Assembly (NCBI RefSeq): GCF_964355755.1
Contig: NC_092677.1
Coordinates: 5,974,101-6,038,100, forward strand
Direction of reading: 5' to 3'
Origin: Antedon mediterranea
Taxonomy: Eukaryota; Animalia; Echinodermata
DNA length: 64,000 nt
A program made the position numbers and the translations under genes. Every line of letters begins with the position of its first letter. The stretch's first letter is position 1. The notes under the pieces are model-generated. The model saw only the letters and a program-made list of their open reading frames with translations, was not told the origin of the DNA and ran no database searches. This document shows, piece by piece, positions 40,647 to 53,184 of the stretch.

Positions 40647-41584
40647 AAATGAATAATTAAATCGGTTTTAGAATAATAAATAGGAAAAAGATAGCAAAGT
40701 TATAGATTGCATTTTTACTTTCTTAATTTTCCAGATGGAAGATTTTTAAGCGCAATTAATTTATCTATATGATTACAAAGGTGATTGGCAAGTTGAGAAG
40801 TGGTTCAACTAGTTCACCTCATAAAGGCTTTTCAAGTATTTGTACAAAACAACGTGTGTAAAAATAGTTTTGTTGTTGAATATGCAAATGTGTTGAGCAA
40901 AAATTGGTTTGGGGACAAAAAATGTAACAACTTGAATTGTAATTTAAAGAACACAAAGTCAACCAGAAGGTCATTGTCAATCCAGGAGTAAAATAAAATA
41001 ATTATTTGTGTTCATTTTTTTCAGAAGTGAATAGGTTTTATGTTATTAATATGGTTTCTTTGTTGGTACATTCAATAAGTTTCAACTAAAGGACACTGCA
41101 AGTATGTAAAAGTTATATATATATATTGTGTACACTGAAATTGAAAGTAGTGCTGCATCAAACATGCAGTTAAAACAACGGTCATTGCATTGCAATTGGA
41201 CAATTAAAGTCTAGACCCCTTAAGCTGTCGAAATTAATCATGACATACATTTTTTAATTACATACTTGTCAAATATTATATTTTGCAACGTCGTCAAGGT
41301 CAATGACTCAGTTTATTGTTATTAATAACATTATTTCTGATACTTCAGCTTGAAGTAGTGTTACAAGGTCAACAAAGGTGAATTTGATTTAGGTGGGAGA
41401 AAAAAGAAAATGTAATTATGACAGAAAAGAATAAGTGCGCAGATACTGAGCGAAATTCTTGGAAAAATGCAGGACATGATGGAGTGCTCTTTAATATTTT
41501 GACCCACATTAAAGATACAACTCAAGATTTCAATAAGCTTTTGTGATGTCACCATTACATCTTGTTCCTAAAATCAACCGGCAT

Positions 41585-42168
41585 AGTACAGTACGGTACC
41601 TATACAGTACGGTACCTATACAGTACGGTACCTATACAGTACGGTACCTATACAGTACGGTACCTATACAGTACGGTACCTATACAGTACGGTACCTATA
41701 CAGTACGGTGCCTATACAGTACGGTGCCTATACAGTACGGTGCCTATACAGTACGGTGCCTATACAGTACGGTGCCTATACAGTACAGTGCCTATACAGT
41801 ACAGTACCTATACAGTACAGTACCTATACAGTACAGTACCTATACAGTACAGTACCTATACAGTACAGTACCTATACAGTACAGTACCTATACAGTACAG
41901 TACAGTACCTATACAGTACGGTGCCTATACAGTACGGTGCCTATACAGTACAGTGCCTATACAGTACAGTATCTATACAGTACAGTACCTATACAGTACA
42001 GTACCTATACAGTACAGTGCCTATACAGTACAGTGCCTATACAGTACAGTACCTATACAGTACAGTGCCTATACAGTACAGTGCCTATACAGTACAGTAC
42101 CTATACAGTACAGTACCTATACAGTACAGTGCCTATACAGTACAGTGCCTATACAGTACAGTACCTAT
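41585..42168. repeat. 16-bp minisatellite, ~36 copies of TACAGTAC(G/A)GT(A/G)CCTA
   Basis: Directly visible tandem array; it explains the three overlapping repetitive ORFs in the track. Confidence 0.97.
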
Positions 42169-43605
42169 AAAAACATTCAGGACCGTAAAATACAGTAACT
42201 TGGAAACTGAGGGAGTTATCATGAAACAAACTTACATAAAAAGCAAGTAATATTTGGAATATTTTGCAAACATTTTGCCAAGTATGAGTTTAATGTCTGA
42301 ATGTGCTGTTGAAAAATAGCCATTACTATTATAACTATGTAGAGGTTCTAGATGGCGATTTGACTTAATAATCAGTAAAAGGATAAATATGTTGATACTT
42401 ATGGCGTTTCATGTGTATAATATACTTCCAGCTGTTAGTAGTTTCCAGACAAAAATCGAAAGTGACTGGTGGACTATAACAACACAAAGAAGATAAGTTT
42501 GGGCAGGTTTGTATTAAAACATTATTGTTGGTTTAATGCTTATAATCTGAAAGTAATTGCATTATTTCATTCAATTTTCGTTTTGAATTTATTTTTATCA
42601 ATCATAAATAAATCCGAAGACAATACAACTATAAAAATAAAACTTTCCATTTCACAATCAAACAACAGAAATTCTACAGTTTCAGAAAGTGCTTTCAATT
42701 TACCCATAATGCAATGCAACTACCTTTTCATGTATTGGGAAATAAATGAATTAAGAATAACTACCAACAATAACTATGTTTCTAAACCCAATTTATTCAT
42801 TTTAATAATATAGCAGATTTTACCATTTCATGGCTTTGTACAGAAGCACAGTACTAACACAATAATCAAACTACTGCAAATAGGCCTACTGAAGATTGTC
42901 TTCTCATCAATAATTGCTTTAAAATCTAGCAAATAATTATGCACTTTAATTGTCCACGCTTGTATACAAATATAATATTCCTAAAACTACTGCTATTTGT
43001 TGTCGCCTAAATATAAATATTTTACTTATCTAATTAAACACATTACACCAAATCCTATAAAATACACAATCACTGTATCATTAAATTAATGATTTGTCAT
43101 TTCTACAGTAATTTTGCAGGTGGTAAAAAAACTACAATTTTCATTAAAGCATCTTTTAAACAGATTATTTAGTAAACCATTTGGGGCTTAACTTTCATTT
43201 AAATAGATTGGTAACACGCCATAGAATAATTGGTATCCAAACTATCGTATGGACGATGTCAAGGATGATAAAACAAGTAGTAAAAAATCAACATTTTAAA
43301 TATACAATTTAAAAATATAATCTTATTTTAAAACCAATTCAAGCATTTACTTTTTTTATTTTGTATTGTATTTTACAATTTTGTTTCAAACATATAAATT
43401 CATTCACCAAAAAGTATGCTCTTCATTTACATTAGAATAAATTTGTATGTACAATATTATAAAGTAAAATAAATCTGGCGCAGAAGTTCGAGTAGAAAAG
43501 TTGTATGGATTGTGGTGAAGTATTTAAATGTATATTATTGCTTTTTTTTTTTTTAAAGTAATGTTTGTGCTATAAAAACTTAAAGCTGAAAGAAATATAC
43601 AATGT

Positions 43606-43699
43606 ATTTATTAAACTGGTTATTTGTTAAACCAGTTATTTGTTAAACCAGTTAATTTGTTAAACCGGTTATTTGTTAAACCAGTTATTTGTTAAACCA
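43606..43699. repeat. 16-bp tandem repeat TTATTTGTTAAACCAG, ~5.5 copies
   Basis: Directly visible. Confidence 0.9.
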
Positions 43700-45368
43700 T
43701 TTTTTTTTTAGACCGTTTTTTTTTCATGAATATTTGAAAATGAAACCAAAAAGTTAAGTAACTATGTTGGGACTTTAATGGGAGTTTTATCAAATGGGTA
43801 TCATTAAAACCTTTCAGCGCAAATGATTACTGCAAGTATCAAATGGTTAGTGTAGTCAGTTCAGCACACGTGAAAGTGTATTATCATTTTCGAATTTAGT
43901 CACCTCTTCATAATCCCTTTTTCCTTATTTTGTGTAATCTTATAACCGCAGATTTTAGCCTGACCACCTAAACGGAATGAAAATATGTATAAAAAAATGT
44001 TGATAATTTACTTAATTTTAACTTATGTGGGCCTACATAAAGTACAGTTATGCCAGATTGGAGCAAACATTTGACCAACTACTATTAAGAACAATTCAAA
44101 ATTTGAATTTTTATTTTGTAAAATTATTTTAAAAATTCAACTACTCTATAATACGGTATGGAATGATGGCCATGTTCTATACCCTATTAAGGTATATTTA
44201 TCACATGACCTCATGACCTCTCTGTTTGTCGATACCTTAGATTGTGCGCTACACTACAAAGTTTATAATTTAAAATAAGTTACATTTCAGCGGATTATCA
44301 ATCTACTGAATCAAAATGTATATATTTACAGAAATCATTCTCGGCTTCTGAGCTCTTACTTAATCAAGAGACTTATAGTCCTTGGTTTAATACTTCAATA
44401 TTTATTTTATGAACGCAATACATCAAAATGTATTATATGTGCTAATATTTCAAGTCACTCGCATAAAATATATTTCAAATAAGTATAGGAATGTAACAAT
44501 TGGAATAAAAATACAGTAACATTCCTTATAATTTATGCTATAAAACTGTAATATCAATGAAATGGTTTGCTTGTGTGATTCAGTTTAAATTATCTTATAA
44601 TTAACAGCAATGGTTTATAGCCAATGACAAAACATTAGGCAAATTTCCTAAATTATGTGAATTAATTCACTATCACATCCTTCATAAAAAGTGGCAATCC
44701 TTAAACATACACATACACAAGATGACCATAACATAAACAATGTCTTGCACAAGTCTTGTCAGTTGAGTAGTTTTGTGGTTTTTTTTTATGACATCTGACA
44801 TGATTTTAACCCAGGATTTTGTGAATGTTACATCAGGGGTCTTCTTAACCTCACATCTTGATCATAAAGGAAAGAGTTTTTTCCAGTAATGCTTTACTTC
44901 TAGCATGTCCTAAACATGCGTCAGGAACTAAGGCATTATATGTAAAACTGTGTCCGGTCTTCATGATTGGCCAAGGTGTCAATACAGTGGCGGCAGTGCA
45001 AGCCGCATCAATAAAACCAGCAGAGGTTCAACGCTCTCCTTGATCATAGTTCTAGTAGTAGAACAAGTCTCTTCAGATAAAAACTTAAAACTAGTCCAGT
45101 GTCTTGTTATGTGTGAACACAGTGCATCTACTGGAAGAGTAGGGTTCATCTCAGTTATTCAGTGTCATGGGTTCATAGAAGACCTAATCTGAATTTGCTC
45201 AAATTGAGAATGAATATTACCAAGCACAAACAAACGCTCAGCCCGTAGAAGTTGTTTCATGGTGAAAAAAAGCAGGTTTAGAAAAATTCAAATTGTCCAA
45301 TCAAGTTAACAGCGGGACTATTTACAGATATGTCGCGGTATTGACTGGTAAAAAAATATTTGTTTTCT

Positions 45369-48300
45369 TTAAGATCTTCCAGCCAAAATGTTTCTCACCT
45401 TAAAAAAAAATATATGAAAGAAATATGTTATATGAAAAGTATAATTTTGTTTAATATACATCGCCACAAAATCATTGTATCAGGCTAAACAAAGTCTGCT
45501 TAAAGATGTAATGTCCCCCAAAAACACGACAACTGAAGATTAATTAAAAAAAGACTGAATAGGCCATCTCACAGTTTTAATAATGTTAATCACTTAACCT
45601 ATGACATTAAACATGACTTACAAGTAAATGATTTCGTGGATTTAGCCCAATAGCCTTTTCCTTCTCAACATTCTCCTTGCTGACATCAGCGCCATTTCTC
45701 ATCAGTCGTCGAACAATTTCCACAATCAAGGCCTCATCAGTTTTGAGACCAACAGCAAGATGAAGGGGCGTGCATTGGCTAAACGTTCCCTTATTCACGC
45801 ACTCCGACGTTTGGTCGTGTTCTAAAATAAGGTCGATGAGGTCAAGTTTGAGATTCTCTACTGCATAGTGGAGTGGAGTTTTGCCACTTTTGCCATCCTA
45901 TTAACATAAAAAAACAAGTAAATTAATTACGGTAATACATGTACAGATAATTTTAATATTTTTTGTTGTAAGTTCATAGGCCTACCCATAAATAATTTAG
46001 TACACATAATACAATATATGCAAGGCCTTAGGTTTACAAAAAGTACTAGTTTTATGGTTTATGTTGACCTCTGACCTTACCTGTCCTGTGGTTGACGCAT
46101 TCATAAAGAAGAGCAGCTCAACTAATTCTTTATTCCAAACCTGCACCTGAGATGCACACTGAGAATCTGCTGTGAACACCGTCTCTGTTTTCCCATGATG
46201 CTCAATAGCATAGTGGAGTGCTGTTTTTCCTAAAATATTCAACATTCATAATAACCAAAATGAGAAATCACACTTTTGTAGTATTTTGTTTCTAGCTTCT
46301 TAGAGGGCAGTATAATACATTGTAACATACATAATGAATTTACACTATCGTCTAATCCAATGGAATGTTTCCTGTACTTTCAACATCTAGTTAACTATCA
46401 ATTAATTCTAAATTTTTCTCTATATTGTACAGTGGCCCATTTCAAAACTATAAGGGCGTGTGACGCAGTGTGTTGGTCATTTGACTACTGATCGTGAGAT
46501 CTAGGTTCAAATCCAACTCTTGCTGCATTGCTTGTATCCTTAGGCAAGACACTTTACTTGTGTTTTCCTCTCTCCACCCAGGTGTATAAATGGGTACCCA
46601 GTTAGATCAATGTATGTTTCCATATGTGTTTGAAAAAAAAAATGACTGGGGTAAAGTAATAATGTTCAGTGCTTAGCGGTTTCACAACATTAGGCGCTAA
46701 ATAAATCCAGGATATTATTATTAATCCTTCAAGATTAGACCTTTAATTTTAACATTCATTATCTTATATAATATACATAATACAGGACCTAGCATAACAG
46801 TCCTAATCTTTCCAGGAAAGCCAGTGTGGACTTCACAGAAAAGTAACATTGTAGAGTAATTTGTCATCAAATAGTGAACATGAAATGTCTTAATACCTTC
46901 ATAATCTTTAAGATCAACATTAAACTCTTGTAACAGGTGCTGGTGTGGTGTGCTCTGTAATCCATAGTAGACATTTGTAACTACTTCTGTAAATCCTTTC
47001 ATTGCAGCATAGTGTAATGGTGTAGAGCCGGAATTGTCCTTGATAGACGGATCAGCTCCAAGTTGGATAAGATCTCTTACCAAAAATGGCATGTTTACAA
47101 CTGTTGCTAAAAACACTGGTGTCTGTTGAAAAGAATAAGTGATACATTTAATCATGGACCTAATAATGGTACTGGTACTGGTACTGGTTCAAATAACCGT
47201 CTCACAGTGACATCTGGTAGCCATTGACTTAAAGTTGGCATTTGGATGTGTTACTTTTAAATGTACAGTATGAGAGTGACTACTACCAAATTACACAGTC
47301 ACAAAACAACTTATAAAACAGTTCATATATACAGTTAAAACATTGCTGGGAATTATAAATTTCTGTTGAAGCAGGCTCCAATGAAGTTGCATCTGCACTG
47401 TACTCTCAAATGTTCTTGGAAAATGAACATCTTTCAATTAACATGATGAATTCCAGAGGTTTGGGTTTGTTCATTTAAAGAGAATGGTAGAGAATGTGTA
47501 ATTTACAGTAGCGGAATCAAAGATCTAAAAACCCATTATCGTTACCTGTCCTAATTTGTTTTGGATGTCAAGTGCACCTTTTACTTTTGACAATTTCTTA
47601 GCAATAGCAACAGCGAGGTCACCTCTTCCTTGTGTTACAACAACATGCAAGCATCTAAAATAAAGACAATACAAATAATCAACAATATCATAAACTAACG
47701 GTACAGTTATACTTATCTTAAAGTTAAGAGATTTAGTTTTTGTGTCATCATCATATTACTACTAATACTGTACTCTGCAAGATTTGGTATATATTTGTTA
47801 AGATTTTGTAGAATGTAAGAGAAGACACAAGAAAGCAAAAGTGGAAATTATCGTGCCTTGTGAAGAAGGTTAAAGGAGAAGAACATCATCTTTATTAATA
47901 CAATCAAACACACAACACTTAATATGAAAATGTGTTAGGTCAGAAACATTTGATATTTGAAAAAAAAAAAGAATTATTTTTTTTTTTATCAGGAATACTG
48001 GAGCGACGAGTTACTAGATTATGTATTAAACATGGCAAAAATTGTTGAAGACCATTAAAATTGCTTTATGGATCAGAAATTTCAGTCAAGAACTTACGTG
48101 TCTTTATCCTCTGCATCTTGTTCCATCAAACATTCAATGCTCAGTCGGTTCACCTCTTGTTCCCAATCCATAATAGCGGACACATTAGAAGCGTCAGTGT
48201 GTGGCGACATTTGGGGAGGAGACACAGGCATAGTATCATCCGTGTAACACGATGAAGACACAGACTGTGGAGAATTGACAGCATAACTCTTAGGTGGTTC

Positions 48301-50402
48301 GACTGATGGCGGTGGCGTGTCTGGGAAATTATCAAACACCGGATTGATTGGAGTGTAAGGACTTCCATGTGAACTTGAAGGAGATAAATATGGCGGTGAC
48401 TGAGAATTATCCTGTTTTAAGTATTTAACAATTTCATTGATTGCTTCAGACTTGTGTTCGGGGCTTCTGTTGTATCCGTGGCATGGGCTAAAATGGCTAG
48501 CTAATGGGCTAGGGGGTTCCTCTTTAACGGTCACAGAATTTCCATTAGGCAAAGAAAATGTTGCCTGAGGTGAAAACTGTGGTGGGAAATCTTCAGGCCA
48601 ATTTGTTTCCTCAAATGGTCTAGTAGGGTACATCATGTTGCTCTGGATTTGTTGCTGATTATGCAGCATCCCTGGTTGGTTAAACCTCTGTATCATGTCG
48701 GTCTGTGATGGTTGTTTCAGGTTTGATCCTGGTGGAAGAATTACTCCACCAGGAACATGTATGCGTTTTGGTCTTGGTCCTTCAGTTCTTGTAAACATAG
48801 CTGGCATCTGAATCTGGTCTGGTGAACAGTACAAATTATGTTGTTGAAATTGAGGGTAAGAAGGAGTCCCCTGATGGTCTCGTTTTTGTTCAAGTCCTCT
48901 TGAAACCAAGACAAGGTTTCTTTCCATATTTTTTGCCAAACTATTGACATCTTCATTTTCTTTCAGTTTTCCTCCAAGAACCTGTTTTGTTTGAAAGTTA
49001 TCATCTTTCTCTTGCTTGATGGTGGTTTTTGATTCATTTTTTGGCTTGCTGGTACTTGCATCCAGATGAAGTTGGACAAAACTTTCTGGCGTTGAAGGAT
49101 CATCTCCAACAGATTCAGCTCGGCGCCGAAATTTCTCTACAAGATTTTGTTCAATGGATTGCTCCAATTTATCATTCAATTTCTCGACCTTGCTTTCTTG
49201 ATTGGTTTCTTTTGGTTTAGTATCATTAACCTTCATATTTGGTTTTTTAGTTGATGATATTGGTGATCCGCTGTCACTGTCTAGAGAATTATAACCAGGA
49301 TCCAAGTCAGAAACAGCTTGGAGTTTCAATCCTTTTGTCTTTTGTGTTTTCTCTTCTGAAATAAGTAAAAAGTATGTTTAGTCTTGCAAATATGATGGTG
49401 AATTAATTTTGACTTCTATTTTTTTTTTCAATTGTATTTATACTTACAGTACGTACGTAATAGACAAAGACACCATTACAATATAATTTATTGAGATTTT
49501 AATTTAAGTCTTTGAGGCTTAGAGAGTGGAGTGGAAGAGTTTATAACCCTGACACTATTGCTGGTCAGAATTGAATCCTAGACGTTGAAATGCAAGCACT
49601 AAGCTACATCTTCATTACAGTTATCAATACCTGATATCCTTTGTAGAAAGTACAAGAACAATAATTACTTTTAAATATAAAAACTATTTTATCTATAAAT
49701 ACATCTACAGTACTGTATATAATTTGATGGCATGAGTAATATACATTACCAAACATAATATTATAATCTTTTTATGATAAGATAAGAAGTCTACTGTACC
49801 CTGTAGGTCTATCTGAAACATCATTGAACTAGTTAACAATCAGACCAAAAGCTAAACTTATAGGTTATACTGCTATTTTGAAATGTTCTAAAAATAAACT
49901 AATCAGTAATCTACACATGAATGACGATTATCACATTAGTTAGACAACAGGTGAAATGAAACTATAATTACAAACAATTGTTAATGTTTGTAGTATGATG
50001 TTAGGGAAGGAATTTAAAATTTTGTATATTTTGCAATGAATTGAAATTGTCTTTTATATCCTGGTTCATGACCTTTGTGCTTACTCAACCTTACTATGAT
50101 GAATACTTTAACAAAAATAATAAAAATAATATATTTAAAGTTTTGTTTTAAACAGGAAATTAAAATAATGAATTACTGGTGAGTGGGAAGTTCTAAAAAT
50201 ATCACTGGTGAAGAACAATAGACCTACTTTATTGTTATACAGTACAATAGAGTTGTATAAACTGCCTTGCAATTTATTCTATAAAATAATGCTAACATAT
50301 GTATTTTGTAAATGCACAAGATGGTTTTAATTTATGTAGAAAATTATTAATGCTAATTATACTGCTTTTTAAATAAAATATCACATTTCAGTATCTAATG
50401 TA

Positions 50403-50445
<43 letters not shown>

Positions 50446-50857
50446 CATTATACACAGACAATCATTTATTTACCAATCGCTGTTCTATCATGGAGGTTTA
50501 CCTTATATGAAACTGTATTAGGCCTAATCTGAATATTATTTTTATGCTTGGTGGTTGTGTGCTTTGTTTTAAGTTCATACGCCTACAGAATTAAAACTCA
50601 TAACTAAGGCTAGTACAATCTGGCACGTGCAAACTAGTGTTAACACAGGTAAAAAAATTAATGGTTTTCGTAGCAAAAGATACAACATACGTAGGCCTAT
50701 GATATGATGGCTAGCTACTATATCTGTTGGCCTAATAATACCCCTAGGATAGGCATGGCTAGCAAGGCAAATACTCACGTCCGCTAATAATTTTTTGCTT
50801 AGAAACTTCCGCCTTCACAGCCACATTCAACGTCGAATTCTCATCTGAAGATCTCAT
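45369..50857 (-). CDS. NFKBIZ: Nuclear-type NF-kappa-B inhibitor (IkB-zeta/Bcl-3/IkBNS-like ankyrin-repeat protein), 708 aa
   Basis: Exons 50857-50779, 49355-48098, 47654-47546, 47122-46897, 46229-46081, 45897-45622, 45398-45369 (2127 nt, frame consistent). Long P/Q/S-rich N-terminus, then IkB-type ankyrins (DKDTCLHVVV, GQTPVFLA, GSTPLHYAA, GKTALHYAI, DGKSGKTPLHYAVE, TPLHLAV..IVRRLMRNGAD) ending VRNILAGRS with no acidic PEST tail. The symbol means 'NFKBIZ-like'; orthology is untested. Confidence 0.85.
45504..45606. mobile_element. MITE family B, left end, in the last IkB intron
   Basis: ttaa|agatgtaatgtcccc..gaataggccat..cagttttaat..tcactt matches 9014-9110. Confidence 0.65.
46454..46723 (+). 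mobile_element. tRNA-derived SINE, antisense in IkB intron 4
   Basis: tRNA-like head with B box GGTTCAAATCC (46504-46514), conserved-type core tccttaggcaagacacttta..ctccacccaggtgtataaatgggtacc, aggcgctaaataaat and (ATT)n tail; internally deleted relative at ~59625-59698. Confidence 0.8.
50407..50443. repeat. (TA)n microsatellite in IkB intron 1
   Basis: Directly visible. Confidence 0.95.
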
Positions 50858-51065
50858 AATTTACGCTAATTTCTCACTGAATTTATACTTTGATATGTAC
50901 TTTACGTTTTAAACTTGTTAAATATATTATAAAATGTTTAAATTTAGAACTAAAACGTGGTCTTTAAAGCGAATTTAGTCCAACGTCAATACTCTCCTCG
51001 CGTCGCTACACTGTTTGGTGGTTTGACCTTCTTGATTGCTTTGGTAGAACAACCTGGAAAATTTA

Positions 51066-51321
51066 GGGGAATTCCCTTTTTGTTAAGTATGACATCATAG
51101 CTATTTCGTCGTCATTGTTTGTAGCAGCGGCTAAAACGGGGAATATTATCGAAATACTAACCAGAACGAAACTGTTTTAATAAATAGATAAACTCAGTTA
51201 GTAGATAACAAATTCACAATTAAAGAAACAGGTATAAGGAAGTAGGCCTAGTTATTATTCGATGTTAAGGCTGCGTGAGGCCTTTGATGAAGTCCAATTG
51301 CGCAACGGTGTTTATGACGTC
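51066..51321. promoter_or_regulatory. IkB promoter motif cluster: kB site, CRE/ATF-like sites, C/EBP site
   Basis: GGGGAATTCCC 51066-51076, TGACATCA 51090-51097, TTGCGCAA 51298-51305 and TGACGTC 51315-51321, lying 210-460 bp upstream of the IkB ATG. Confidence 0.65.
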
Positions 51322-52390
51322 GTTGGAAATTGAATTGATGAACCAATATAGTGATTTCGTTCTCTTCTTCTGCATATATTAATTAAAGAAGACAATCCAG
51401 TGGTTTTTCACTATAGGCCTAGGCCTGGTCGCCCATGAACACAGTTGACGACTGCCGAGTTAGCCTACTACTACTAGGGCCTATTTTTTTTTTTATTTGA
51501 TATTCAACAAACTAAGTGGTCTAATGGTATAGAATGTCTACTGCCTACTACTAGTAGGACTATTTTTTTTAAATTTCAGTAACAGTATAATGTAAAATTT
51601 GTCAATATCCTGTTTTCACAAATTAAATAGTGGATAAAAGATGATCAACTGAAATTACGATTGATGGGTTAACCCGGATCTACATAATGCTGTAAAAACA
51701 ATGATTTCCAGTTAATTTCAAATTATCTTTTATTGATTTAATCAAGACTATTTCCTGCAACACGTCACGAGGAGATGTGTCTAAGGATAATATGCCAGCA
51801 ATTGTGCTCGATTTAGACTCAAGAGTGTTTGAAACAATAAAACGGTGCTTTTGCATTCTCAAAATAAATGTAGGCCTACACGTGAATATAAACACTTAGA
51901 TGGTTTTATTTACAAAACCAAATCAATTGTATATACCTATTTATAAAGGTCTGTCTGTCTATTAGAATGAATTAGTGAGACATTCACCCACATTTAGGCC
52001 TATTCCTAAATTTCTATAGAATTCGAATTTAACAGGAGAGTTTCAGAAACAAGAATGGCGACATCGAAACACACATACATAAATGAGTAATAATGTAACG
52101 TGTATAATGTAATAATTAATACGATTTATGAATATTGCCATCATTTACATCCAGGTTAGCAGCATATAGTAAAAGTCATCATCACACTGATCAGATTGAT
52201 TGATTATGTTTTAATAATATCATATCATTTTCATTGGCGTGTGTCAATTAAGTACCTATAGCGGACATTTTTATTTATTTATTTATTGTGTTTTACTATT
52301 TCTATCATTTCATTCAATCACCAGAGTCAAAAATTCGGGTTTTTTTTTTTTTTTTTTTTTTTGGAATTGGAATTCCCGATAATGTTTTAC

Positions 52391-52482
52391 GATATTCAAC
52401 AAACTTAAGTGGTCTAATTGTGTAGAATGTCTGCTGCCTATATCACAGCAGAAATATTCCGGGTTCGGATCTCTTGGGGCGG
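52391..52482 (+). mobile_element. tRNA-like SINE head / tRNA pseudogene; partial duplicate at 51499-51549
   Basis: A-box-like tggtctaattg, stem tctgctg..cagcaga, B-box-like gggttcggatc; gatattcaacaaact(t)aagtggtctaat..tagaatgtct(g/a)ctgccta occurs twice. Confidence 0.45.
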
Positions 52483-53184
52483 TTTTTACAATTCTAGCAG
52501 ATTTTATAATCTTCATCGTTTCTGTACATAAACAAATATAGACATACAATCCATGTTTGCTATAGCATTGTATATATTGTTCACACACAACAAACTATTT
52601 TCATGAGATAAAGCTGATGTGTTGCGGTCTATTGTTCACATAAATTAAACATTTGCTAATATTTTTTTTTTTTTAAATCAATATAATGACTACTGTATAT
52701 TTCTGTATCCTCGTAAATGTCAGGGTACACAAACGCTCATTTCGAGTTTGTACAGTAGGCCTATGTGTTTCCTTTTCATCTCTTTATCGACCTGCTTTTC
52801 TTATTCAGTTAGAGGGAAAATGGCAACATCAACACACTGTAGTCATTTTACAAGAGTTGTGAAAACAATATAGATTATCTGATAAAAATCCTAGAAAGTA
52901 GGAAACCTTTTGCCATTTTTCTCTTAGCTGTATTCTGATAACAACGAATGAATAAAGAATATTTAGGCAAATTTCCAAGGATAACCATAAGTGAATTAAT
53001 TCACTATCCTTTATAAAGGTGACAATCATATTCACAACATCATGCTCTACATAAAGTCTTATTACAAGTCTTGGGGAGTGGAGTTATAAAATGTCATTTA
53101 GAAAAAAATCTTGACATTGATAGAACTTCAAACCATAATCACCAAGGTCACAACTCCAGGATTCATTATCCACCACGGTTGTCA

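Noticed and set aside
41543-42250. Three long overlapping ORFs (235, 202 and 152 aa); the array also superficially resembles a CRISPR locus
   Set aside because: They are translations of a 16-bp minisatellite with no unique spacers and no cas genes, in a eukaryotic context.
42500-45368. AU-rich elements in the presumed long IkB 3'UTR
   Set aside because: AUUUA pentamers are expected at high frequency in DNA this AT-rich, and the UTR end is unknown.
52391-52482. Functional tRNA gene
   Set aside because: No acceptor stem, irregular anticodon loop and degenerate boxes; treated as a SINE head or pseudogene.
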